DNA of 64,000 bases from a virus, in IMG/VR virus record IMGVR_UViG_3300042565_001021, positions 1-64,000 of that record, one strand, 5' to 3'. Made by a program: the position numbers and the translations under genes. Below are positions 1 through 8,022 of this stretch, in pieces; within the stretch, counting starts at the first letter, position 1, and the number at the start of each line of letters is the position of its first letter. Under the pieces are notes generated by a model. It did not search any database. It worked only from the letters and a program-made list of their open reading frames with translations, and was not told the origin of the DNA.

Positions 1-681
1 TTAGTTGCCACTGTGCCCTTTCATCGTGCTCAGTATAGCATAGAACTCGTTTCGCAACACTGGATCGTCATGGAATGCGCCAAGCATAATACTTGTAGTC
101 ATATCGCTTTCGTGCTCACGAACTCCGCGATGTGTCATACAGTGGTGCGTTGCTTTAACAACCACTGCGATATGCTCGGTCTTTGCATACGCTTTCAGCG
201 AGTCAGCAATCTGCGAAGTCATCTCTTCTTGAATCTGTGGACGTTCAGCAATGTGTTGAATGAGCCTGTTAAATTTGCTTAGGCCAATTACTTCCTTGTC
301 AGGCACGATACCGACCCACGCATTGCCTACAATGTTTTGTAGATGGTGAGCGCAAGTAGAGCGGATAGATATAGGACCGCTTGTGTAAAGGCTCTTGTAT
401 CCCATGTTAGGAAATGCGGTGATCTTTGGTGCTGCATGGTATCGACCTCCGAACACTTCCTTGATGTACATCTTTGCAACACGACGAGCAGTTTCGTTTG
501 TGTTGTGGTCGTTAGCAGTATCGATAACTAAGCTTTCTAGTACCTCTTGCATTTTTTCTTCTACTTCTGCTTGTAGCATCGGCAGTTCTCCGTCTAGGAT
601 ATAATCGGAGATGTTATCGTTGCTGTGGTAACGAGTACCCGAATCTTCTAGACGCTTTTTGATTGTTTTTGAAATGGACAT
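1..681 (-). CDS. folE: GTP cyclohydrolase I
   Basis: STCAHH Zn motif, IGLSKFNR, RPQIQE and HHCMTHRGV motifs. Confidence 0.95.
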   Translation of the reverse strand: MSISKTIKKRLEDSGTRYHSNDNISDYILDGELPMLQAEVEEKMQEVLESLVIDTANDHNTNETARRVAKMYIKEVFGGRYHAAPKITAFPNMGYKSLYTSGPISIRSTCAHHLQNIVGNAWVGIVPDKEVIGLSKFNRLIQHIAERPQIQEEMTSQIADSLKAYAKTEHIAVVVKATHHCMTHRGVREHESDMTTSIMLGAFHDDPVLRNEFYAILSTMKGHSGN

Positions 682-702
682 GAAATTTCCTAATAGTAAA
701 TA

Positions 703-731
703 AGTGTAACTGTATTTAGATCTTAAGTCAA
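703..731 (-). promoter_or_regulatory. sigma70-like promoter with nested late promoter upstream of folE
   Basis: TTGACT-N17-TACACT, with CTAAATA inside the spacer. Confidence 0.5.
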
Positions 732-732
732 G

Positions 733-1800
733 TTATTTGAAATTGTTAACCAAACCGTCTGCGCTAAAGTAATGGGTTGTTAGAGCCTCGGCTTGCTGCT
801 CTAATAACTTCTTCCTTGTGTCAAAGTTCTCGATATGGTCCATGATTGTTTTAACGATCTCTGCTCGATGTTCCATATATAGATCCCAATCTTTTGTCCA
901 TTCGCTTGGATATTTGAACGCTTTAAAATACATTTCTTTGTAAGAAAGACGATCCGGAACCATCGGTATAGCTCCGACTAGTGCACCTTCGTAACAACCA
1001 ATGCCTAGAGTTTCTTGTAAGGAAGCCGAGAACACAATCTTGGCCTCACCTAATAGCTTGTGATATTCGTCCTTAGTGAGTTGCTTGTCTTGGCAAACAA
1101 CAAATTCGTATTGAGGTAGCAGTTTGGCTAAGTCGCGGAAGATCTCAACTTGCTTTTCTGGAGCAATGCGATGCGGGAATAGTATTAGATTGCTCTTTTC
1201 TATGTTCTTGTATGGAACAAGGACGTCTGACATATATTCCATCGGCCATCCTGTGCGAACAATCTTTTTATCATCGATATATCGAGTAGCGAAACTTCCA
1301 TTGGTGTTCAGTAAGTTCCAAGTAAAGATTTCGATATGGAAGTCGGTGGCAAAGTAGTTGTAGTCAACAGCGTGGAAAAAGGATTTCTCAGCATTCCTGA
1401 CCCAAGGCGCATGACCAATTAGCCGGCCAAGGAAGTCAGCGGGGTCGTAACTACCGGCATGCCACAATGCATGAATCTTTACAGGGATGCCGAGCAGCTC
1501 GCTCATATACTTCAGGTTGATAATACCAGGATGCCAAGCATCTGTGAAAAGAAAATGATCGCCTGCCTGTATCTTGTTATCGCAAAACAAGCGGCTAATC
1601 TTTTCTACCTGCACAGCCTTGTAAACATTAGTGCCACCGAAGTTCAAGAACGCACCCGGTGAAGTAGCAGGCGGAATGTCGGTCGGTCCTTCAATGACGG
1701 TAACTTCGTGTCCAGCTTTACGCAGCAACTCTGGAACATGAATTTTCCATTGTCCGGTGTATCTTGTAGGTACAGATTCTAGATCGACAATGTAAATCAT
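733..1800 (-). CDS. GT-B fold (family 4-like) glycosyltransferase
   Basis: FPHRIAPEKQ and ETLGIGCYEG (ExxGxxxxE) nucleotide-sugar-binding signatures. Confidence 0.8.
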   Translation of the reverse strand: MIYIVDLESVPTRYTGQWKIHVPELLRKAGHEVTVIEGPTDIPPATSPGAFLNFGGTNVYKAVQVEKISRLFCDNKIQAGDHFLFTDAWHPGIINLKYMSELLGIPVKIHALWHAGSYDPADFLGRLIGHAPWVRNAEKSFFHAVDYNYFATDFHIEIFTWNLLNTNGSFATRYIDDKKIVRTGWPMEYMSDVLVPYKNIEKSNLILFPHRIAPEKQVEIFRDLAKLLPQYEFVVCQDKQLTKDEYHKLLGEAKIVFSASLQETLGIGCYEGALVGAIPMVPDRLSYKEMYFKAFKYPSEWTKDWDLYMEHRAEIVKTIMDHIENFDTRKKLLEQQAEALTTHYFSADGLVNNFK

Positions 1801-2048
1801 AGCTGCTCCAATGTTCTTACTGGTCGAGTAATTGTTTCTGTAGTTTCGACGATAGTTAGGTTATTCTTAGCCCACTTCCATTGCGCTCGCATCTCAGATT
1901 CTAATGCTTTAGTTAGGCCAACACCCATATGGCTTCTATACTGCCACAGGCGATCGATCTCTAAGATCATCTCGCCCCATTCGGTCCCGTCAAGCTCTGC
2001 AAATTCTATTAGCTGGGTGTAGTCTTCTTTACTCATTGATGTCATCAT
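1797..2048 (-). CDS. hypothetical protein
   Basis: ORF coupled to both neighbours by ATGA overlaps; start moved to 2048. Confidence 0.6.
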   Translation of the reverse strand: MMTSMSKEDYTQLIEFAELDGTEWGEMILEIDRLWQYRSHMGVGLTKALESEMRAQWKWAKNNLTIVETTETITRPVRTLEQL

Positions 2049-2518
2049 GGCGCTATCCAATTCAGATCAAGTGGCTCTACTACATACCGGTCGAAGTGTA
2101 AATCTTTGAAGTATTCAAGTAGAGTATCATTAGGTAATTCTCTTGTGTAATCGTAACTCAGTGTAATGTGTGGAAGGTAGCTTGGCCAATCGTGCGTTGC
2201 TCCGTGATTCTCTTTAATCTCGTTGTGTAGATCGTGGAGCTCTAGGCTTGCTAACTTTACTACAAGACACATGGAACCGTCTGCGTTAGGAAGAACAGCA
2301 AACTCAGATCCATGTGCCTTAAGCGGAAGCTTTACTGGTAAGTCTTTAATCTCTGCGCATTCTTTTCTGCTGTAGATGACTGTTACATGAAGGTCACGGA
2401 CGCTAGTCGAGTTCTCAATGTTTAGCATCCCTGTGATCGCTGCAATGCGAGTTTTAGTGTTGTCACACGGTATCATCTTTGCGTAAGTACCAATACGCCG
2501 TTCAACGTCGGGTTTCAT
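2045..2518 (-). CDS. 2H phosphodiesterase, Acb1 / T4 gp57B-like (anti-CBASS candidate)
   Basis: two HxT motifs (LHVTVIYS, PHITLSY), GATHDWPSY segment, 157 aa. Confidence 0.8.
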   Translation of the reverse strand: MKPDVERRIGTYAKMIPCDNTKTRIAAITGMLNIENSTSVRDLHVTVIYSRKECAEIKDLPVKLPLKAHGSEFAVLPNADGSMCLVVKLASLELHDLHNEIKENHGATHDWPSYLPHITLSYDYTRELPNDTLLEYFKDLHFDRYVVEPLDLNWIAP

Positions 2519-2730
2519 TACTTCTTATTATGTACAGGCCTGTTTTTACTCTTCAGAAACTTTTGCCACAACGGGCTAGAGTTCTTGTACAAGTCCGCCT
2601 CATTGAAAGCTACTTGCGGATACTGTAAGCGTACCCAATCACGATACTCCTCAAGGTCATTGTAAATCTGCGTAACCTCAGGTTTCATACGAAGGTACTT
2701 CACATTGTACTTCTCGACTGTTACAGCCAT
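2518..2730 (-). CDS. hypothetical protein
   Basis: AGGAG RBS, coupled to the next gene. Confidence 0.65.
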   Translation of the reverse strand: MAVTVEKYNVKYLRMKPEVTQIYNDLEEYRDWVRLQYPQVAFNEADLYKNSSPLWQKFLKSKNRPVHNKK

Positions 2731-2804
2731 TTTGTTGCTCCTAGTGCTAGTTAAAGTTAAATTTTGATAAACTGGATAAATAATGATAGCGATATGGAAC
2801 TTCT

Positions 2805-3530
2805 ATGCCACTAATACTTATACCTACAACTAATGATACTTGTTTTTATTGCGGAAAGCAAGCCTTTTTTGTGTCTGTGAACACCAAAACTAAACGATGT
2901 ACCGAAAAGGTAAATCAATGTCCGGGAGTAATTTCTAAGATGAAACAATCTCGAACCTCTAACGGGTTTGATATAAAAGCTCATATGAAAAATATGAGCA
3001 TCCGAGGAAACGAAAAGTTAAAAGAACTACATACCGACGAAGATTGGGTTAAAAATAAAGGTAATAAAATATCTGCCAAGGTAAAGGAAAGGGGCGGTCA
3101 TTCTGGAATCAACAATCCAATGTATAACAAAAAACATAAAAATTCAACAATACAAAAGTTGGCATTAGCTGCTAATAACAGAAATCCGCAATGCTATATT
3201 CAAGCCACAAATACTAAAATTCTCAATGGTAATGCTGTCTCTAAGGAATTAAAGTCTGATTGGGAATTATATGAAGAACAAGTTGATAATATCACTAGAA
3301 TTAGTTGGATAAAACATAAAAATTTAATAAATCCTTACAAGCTCCCTAGGGGCAAGCAATATGAGCTTGATCATAAATTTAGTAAATATGAAGGATTTAT
3401 AAATAAAGTTCCTCCAGAGATAATAGGGCATTATGCTAATCTTGAAGTAGTCCCAAAGCAATTAAATAGATCAAAGAGTAGCAACTCTTCTATCAGTTTA
3501 ACTGAGCTTTATGAAAGAATAAACTCGTAA
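2805..3530 (+). CDS. HNH/NUMOD-type homing endonuclease
   Basis: N-terminal Cys cluster, NNPMYNKKH NUMOD-like motif, C-terminal LDH...ANL...N HNH motif; AT-rich, antisense to neighbours, ATAAATA at 2776. Confidence 0.7.
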   Translation: MPLILIPTTNDTCFYCGKQAFFVSVNTKTKRCTEKVNQCPGVISKMKQSRTSNGFDIKAHMKNMSIRGNEKLKELHTDEDWVKNKGNKISAKVKERGGHSGINNPMYNKKHKNSTIQKLALAANNRNPQCYIQATNTKILNGNAVSKELKSDWELYEEQVDNITRISWIKHKNLINPYKLPRGKQYELDHKFSKYEGFINKVPPEIIGHYANLEVVPKQLNRSKSSNSSISLTELYERINS

Positions 3531-3958
3531 TGTGCTCCATTTTCTCCATCTTCACTTATGTCAATTATTACATTACGGTCAGGGTATTTAATTGCTATTT
3601 GAAGGTATAAGTCCTCGGTCATCATCTCGCAACTTTTATTGTTTAGTTTTAGAACTCCTTCATTGGCATATAATGATTCCAGCCAGCGTTTGAATTGTAT
3701 AAATTCAATCGAACGGTCGTTGTGCTTAACTTCGATGTGTACTTTAAAGTGAAAGGTATGTCTGTGAGGTGAAGCAAGAAAACTCACGTCATATTGGTCA
3801 CCGGTGGCGAGAGTGGGGTCGGTTGCTGCTGCTGGATAGGCGTGGATGCCTTCTTTGCGAAAGGTGGCCCAGATGTATCGTGCTGCGCGATTCATGTTGT
3901 TCATTGCGCGATCACGCCTTGCCGCTACTACGTTTAGTTCAGTGATGTTATCGTTCAT
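3509..3958 (-). CDS. QueD / 6-pyruvoyl-tetrahydropterin synthase-like T-fold protein
   Basis: HRHTFH His motif, SCE and C-terminal ISEDG; lies between folE and the TGT-like gene. Confidence 0.65.
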   Translation of the reverse strand: MNDNITELNVVAARRDRAMNNMNRAARYIWATFRKEGIHAYPAAATDPTLATGDQYDVSFLASPHRHTFHFKVHIEVKHNDRSIEFIQFKRWLESLYANEGVLKLNNKSCEMMTEDLYLQIAIKYPDRNVIIDISEDGENGAHYEFILS

Positions 3959-4494
3959 TTTAGCATCTTATCTTCGTTGTATTTGTCCCATGAAGTAAAA
4001 CTGTCGATGTCCATAAGTTTGTCTAACCTGTGACACCAGACCCCCGGATTCGTAGCATCGAATCCTTTGTCGTCGATCTTTATAGTTGTATTATAGTTGA
4101 GAAGTTTGATGTAGGGCAACTTAATTGAAATCATTGGGATGAATCGACGCTGTTCGGTTAGCCCGCCTTCAAGCAAGTTTTCAACTTGTTTGACATCTAA
4201 GTCAAGCGTTACCCAATACCCGTGGTCTAACCAAATGTCAATCATGTCTTCCCAAGTGCGCCAGTCGTCAGCTGTAACAGGATTAAAAGATTGGTTGGCT
4301 CCGAAGTAAATATGCCGAATTGGATGAGCAATAGAATCGCCTTCTTCTATCGATTGTCTGATCTGTTCTTCGGCCTGGAGCCCCACGACAAATAATGTGC
4401 CCATCCCTTTAGCCGGCGAATGTTCAACTTCAATGCCAGTAAAAAATGCTGCTTGAACTTGCTTGTTTGGCGCGTTAGCGTAATCTCTTTTCAT
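3955..4494 (-). CDS. hypothetical protein in deazaguanine cluster
   Basis: 179-aa ORF coupled to neighbours; HIYFGANQSF and NPGVWCH motifs. Confidence 0.65.
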   Translation of the reverse strand: MKRDYANAPNKQVQAAFFTGIEVEHSPAKGMGTLFVVGLQAEEQIRQSIEEGDSIAHPIRHIYFGANQSFNPVTADDWRTWEDMIDIWLDHGYWVTLDLDVKQVENLLEGGLTEQRRFIPMISIKLPYIKLLNYNTTIKIDDKGFDATNPGVWCHRLDKLMDIDSFTSWDKYNEDKMLK

Positions 4495-4670
4495 TTTGCT
4501 TTCTCTCCTAAAGATTTAAGTTCGATTATAAGGTCTTTAGCGAATAGCTTTTTCTTCTTAAGCTCAGTAATAGTTAAATCGTCTGCGTTGCGTTTTTCTG
4601 CTGCGGTTAGTTCTTTTTCGAGTTCGGCATGAACTTCCATTAAATGGTCAATCCTACGTTCATACGACAT
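4491..4670 (-). CDS. small coiled-coil protein, DUF465/YdcH-like
   Basis: H..L..EL...ELKKKKL..KD.I pattern. Confidence 0.55.
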   Translation of the reverse strand: MSYERRIDHLMEVHAELEKELTAAEKRNADDLTITELKKKKLFAKDLIIELKSLGEKAK

Positions 4671-4674
4671 GCTG

Positions 4675-6261
4675 TTACTCCTCAAACAGTGATGGGTTAA
4701 GTATTGGTTTCGTTGGTTCTGCTTTTACTTTGACTACCTTCTCTATGCCTAACATACCTTCAAACTCAAACGTTTCGTGGAAGAACGTGTCTGGATTGAT
4801 AAGGTCGTCTCCTTTGTTACCACGTGTTCCAATGATGCGAGCAAAGTATTTCTTGTAGTGCTCGATTAATGCTAATGCTTTACCTTTGTCGCTCGTTGCG
4901 AAGATGGCATCAATGACTTCGGCGAAGTAATGTAACTCGTATTGCCTAAATCTCTTGCCTTCCATGTAAGACGCATTCATCATCTCTGGGCGTTCGCCGT
5001 TACTGTATCGACGATTAGCTTCCTGCACCGCTTCGATATGACGATGAACGTTGTGTCCCATCAGGATAGCATAGCTGAAACTATCCCAACTGGTGCGTCC
5101 TTCTTTCCCTATCTTATTTAGGTCGCCGGGTCCATAGATACAAATATCTTTGATCGTGCAGCGTTCGCTGACTGGACTTTCTTCGAAAACAGGGAAGATG
5201 CCATCTTGTAATACTGCGTCACGGAAGCGTCGCGTGTCCGTTGAATACTTTTTGTCATCGACGCTTGGTGCCATTCTGTATGTCCATTTGTCATTGTGCG
5301 TGTATTCGTTTGCGACATAGACTTGACCGTTAGCAGTAGCTAAGAATGGACTAGCGCAGTCAAAGCTCACTGTAAAGTTTTCGTTGTGATACTTGCGTAC
5401 CGCATTTTGGATGTCAGTGAGCAACACCGCCCATTCTAGCTTACTGGTTCCTAGGAAGTGCATCCAATCGTGTTTGCCTTTCTCAAGTAATCCGTCGTGC
5501 CGTAGAGCTACTAGCCTTCGAAGGATTAGCTCAACGTCGCACATATTCTGTCCTCCCATCGACCAACCTTCAAATGGTTGTTCGTATTGCTTAGGATCGC
5601 AGTATTTCTTCATCCTGTCATACCAATCGTCTGCCTGTGCGTGTGTCTCGCCTTGTAGAACATTTAGGAATTTACAGTTCCCGTTACGATTGCGCATAAA
5701 GAATTCGTTGTTGATGTCTGTTGCTGCTACCGCTTCAGCGTAAGTGCTTACACCTGTTGCTGCTGCGCCTGCTGGGCTGCGGGCGACCCAGGCCGGAATA
5801 TCAAGGATCATTCCGTAGTCCATGTATGCGTCCATCCAGCTCAATACTTGCGCACGTTTTAACGATGCCTTAGGGCAGTTGATATTTTTCCAATCGCCTT
5901 CCCACACGCCTTTACCGATCTGGAATCCTCCGGAGTCGCCTACTACGAACGAGTATTTGCGATCACGATTGCGAACCATGTCTTCTTTCGGTGCCACTTT
6001 GTTAACATCGAGCTCGGCGTGTCCTGCCGAATACAAAGCCCACTTGTAAGGGAAGTATGCTTCTTCTTTGTTCAGCCAGTTCAGACCTTCTACTCCTGTT
6101 TCAAAGTCAGCAGGTACGCGAGCAGGATCAACGTAGTTTGGATCGAATCGTTGCTTACCTACGTAAGTCGCATAGAACCCACTAAGGGCCGGCAGGAAGA
6201 CAGCCCATCGGCTGCGCCCGTCTGCTCCTACCTGCTTAGATGTTAAGTCATCTCTTAGCAT
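4675..6261 (-). CDS. tRNA-guanine transglycosylase-fold protein (TGT/DpdA-like)
   Basis: DSGGFQ, MILD, VLQG, HFLG, SFDCAS and GHN motifs in TGT order. Confidence 0.8.
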   Translation of the reverse strand: MLRDDLTSKQVGADGRSRWAVFLPALSGFYATYVGKQRFDPNYVDPARVPADFETGVEGLNWLNKEEAYFPYKWALYSAGHAELDVNKVAPKEDMVRNRDRKYSFVVGDSGGFQIGKGVWEGDWKNINCPKASLKRAQVLSWMDAYMDYGMILDIPAWVARSPAGAAATGVSTYAEAVAATDINNEFFMRNRNGNCKFLNVLQGETHAQADDWYDRMKKYCDPKQYEQPFEGWSMGGQNMCDVELILRRLVALRHDGLLEKGKHDWMHFLGTSKLEWAVLLTDIQNAVRKYHNENFTVSFDCASPFLATANGQVYVANEYTHNDKWTYRMAPSVDDKKYSTDTRRFRDAVLQDGIFPVFEESPVSERCTIKDICIYGPGDLNKIGKEGRTSWDSFSYAILMGHNVHRHIEAVQEANRRYSNGERPEMMNASYMEGKRFRQYELHYFAEVIDAIFATSDKGKALALIEHYKKYFARIIGTRGNKGDDLINPDTFFHETFEFEGMLGIEKVVKVKAEPTKPILNPSLFEE

Positions 6262-6949
6262 TTTTCTTCTCTTCCCAAATTCGTTTCCTTGCCTCTGACA
6301 TTTTTTTCTTTGTCTCTTCAGACATTATTCTTCCTTTAAGTTTAGCACTAATTTTTGCTTTTTGCTCTTCAGTATTCGCTTTACCTTTATGTGACTCACT
6401 TAGTTTAGCACGATGTTCGTCAGTAAATATACGGCCTTTGAGTGATTCAGCATATCGTTTCACTGCTTCGTTGTTCTCTTTAGTTTTACCGGTATTCCAC
6501 GGAACATTACCTTTACCAGCTTCACTTAGCTTTTTTTTATGTTCTTCGGTTTTCGGCTTTCCCTTAGCAGCAGCAGACACTTTTTCTCCATGATTCTTTT
6601 TGATTCCCTTATTTGCTTTACTAATCTTATTTCTACCTTTTTCAGTTAGGAAAGACCCGATTTCTTTATCCTTGTTCCACGGAATAGCACCGCTACATCC
6701 ATCACCTCCGTCTGTTTGGTTACGAAGAATGCCTGTACCTAAATCTTTTCTTCCCCACCAACGAATCAGTCTGCGTTCAAGAGCAAGAGCTCCTATTTCA
6801 GTTAAGTTCGATTCTAGAATTACTATTCGGCGCCGGTCTTTAGGAACAACAACAGAGTGATTGTTTGTGTAAGCACGATTTCCTTGTCCTTTGCCGATGT
6901 AGTAAGGCGTTAGCTCAGAGGTCCGTAAGTAAGCATAAATGTAAAACAT
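6248..6949 (-). CDS. GIY-YIG homing endonuclease with NUMOD3 repeats
   Basis: YIYAY...YYIGKG, E..LI, N.TDGGDG and repeated TEEHKKKLS motifs; ATAAATA at 6969-6975. Confidence 0.85.
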   Translation of the reverse strand: MFYIYAYLRTSELTPYYIGKGQGNRAYTNNHSVVVPKDRRRIVILESNLTEIGALALERRLIRWWGRKDLGTGILRNQTDGGDGCSGAIPWNKDKEIGSFLTEKGRNKISKANKGIKKNHGEKVSAAAKGKPKTEEHKKKLSEAGKGNVPWNTGKTKENNEAVKRYAESLKGRIFTDEHRAKLSESHKGKANTEEQKAKISAKLKGRIMSEETKKKMSEARKRIWEEKKNAKR

Positions 6950-7002
6950 AGTAGTCTCCTATATACTTTATTTATCTCTACTTGCGTTATCTGCTTATTA
7001 TG

Positions 7003-7221
7003 TCATACTATACGACCTATACCTTTGTAAAATAATTCACGCATTAATCTTTCCACGTCGTGGCCTTGGTTCAACAAGTAAGCAGTATGAAGCTTCTCAA
7101 TGACTTCAACGACATCGCCAGAGACTTGCACGTTTCGATTTTCGAGCACTTCAAGTAAGTCATCTGTGTCGAAGTCATTGAGATCGACATCTACATCAAC
7201 TTCGGTGGTAATAGTTGGCAT
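7003..7221 (-). CDS. hypothetical protein
   Basis: 72-aa ORF abutting the clamp gene. Confidence 0.6.
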   Translation of the reverse strand: MPTITTEVDVDVDLNDFDTDDLLEVLENRNVQVSGDVVEVIEKLHTAYLLNQGHDVERLMRELFYKGIGRIV

Positions 7222-7956
7222 TTATTTCTGCTGTGCAGGCATTGTGTAGGTGTAAAGTGCTAAGCCGCTATCGACTGTGATCTGAGCAGCGCCTTCATCG
7301 CTAATGCGGAAGACCTTGTCGCCTGCTAAGTTCAGGATGCCCATTACTTCAGTGATAGGCCAGTGGAAACCTTTGGCGACTGTTCCGGTCACACTGTCGG
7401 CGAATACAAAGTCGCCTGCGTGTGAGCTATGGTCACCAAACATAAACTTCAGTGAGCCTTTTTCAGTCTTAGCGATGAAAGTCTTTTCTTCGCTGTTAGC
7501 ACTTGCCATGAACTTCAGCCGCTGAATGTTCTGAACTGTAGGCTCAAACTCAACGTTCCACTTTACGCCTTTAAACTTTAGCTGCTTCAGTTGCTCGTTA
7601 ATAAGAGCGGAGCTCATAAAGCGGTAGTCGTTCTTAAAGTCGCCTGCCTTGTTTTCAAAGTGCAGGCCAGCAAGTTCTTCTACTTCACCGACCTTCTTTT
7701 TAGTGACAGTGATTTTAGAATCTGCTGCGTATTCTGGAATGTTCAGAATAACGTTAAGCTTGTCTAAGTTAGGCATACCAAACTGCCCAATAAACATTGG
7801 CCAAGGGTTATGCGTCTTTGCTTGTAGAATAACGCTGCGGTCTTCGGACAAAGCATCGATTGCTGTCTCGCTCTCGGTGCCAGTAACCTTCACCAGATTA
7901 ATTCCTCCGAGGCTAAATGTATGTTGAACGATATCTTTTAAAAACGAGTATGGCAT
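7222..7956 (-). CDS. DNA sliding clamp (gp45/PCNA-like)
   Basis: 244 aa, beta-rich two-domain pattern, adjacent to the polymerase. Confidence 0.6.
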   Translation of the reverse strand: MPYSFLKDIVQHTFSLGGINLVKVTGTESETAIDALSEDRSVILQAKTHNPWPMFIGQFGMPNLDKLNVILNIPEYAADSKITVTKKKVGEVEELAGLHFENKAGDFKNDYRFMSSALINEQLKQLKFKGVKWNVEFEPTVQNIQRLKFMASANSEEKTFIAKTEKGSLKFMFGDHSSHAGDFVFADSVTGTVAKGFHWPITEVMGILNLAGDKVFRISDEGAAQITVDSGLALYTYTMPAQQK

Positions 7957-8022
7957 GTGAAACTCCTCTAATATGTGTTATGATAGCAAATGTATTTAGG
8001 TAAACGCAACCTGTTTGAACAA

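Noticed and set aside
6248-6949. Group I intron around the endonuclease next to the TGT-like gene
   Set aside because: Flanking genes look complete and there is no room for an intron core; it is a free-standing gene.
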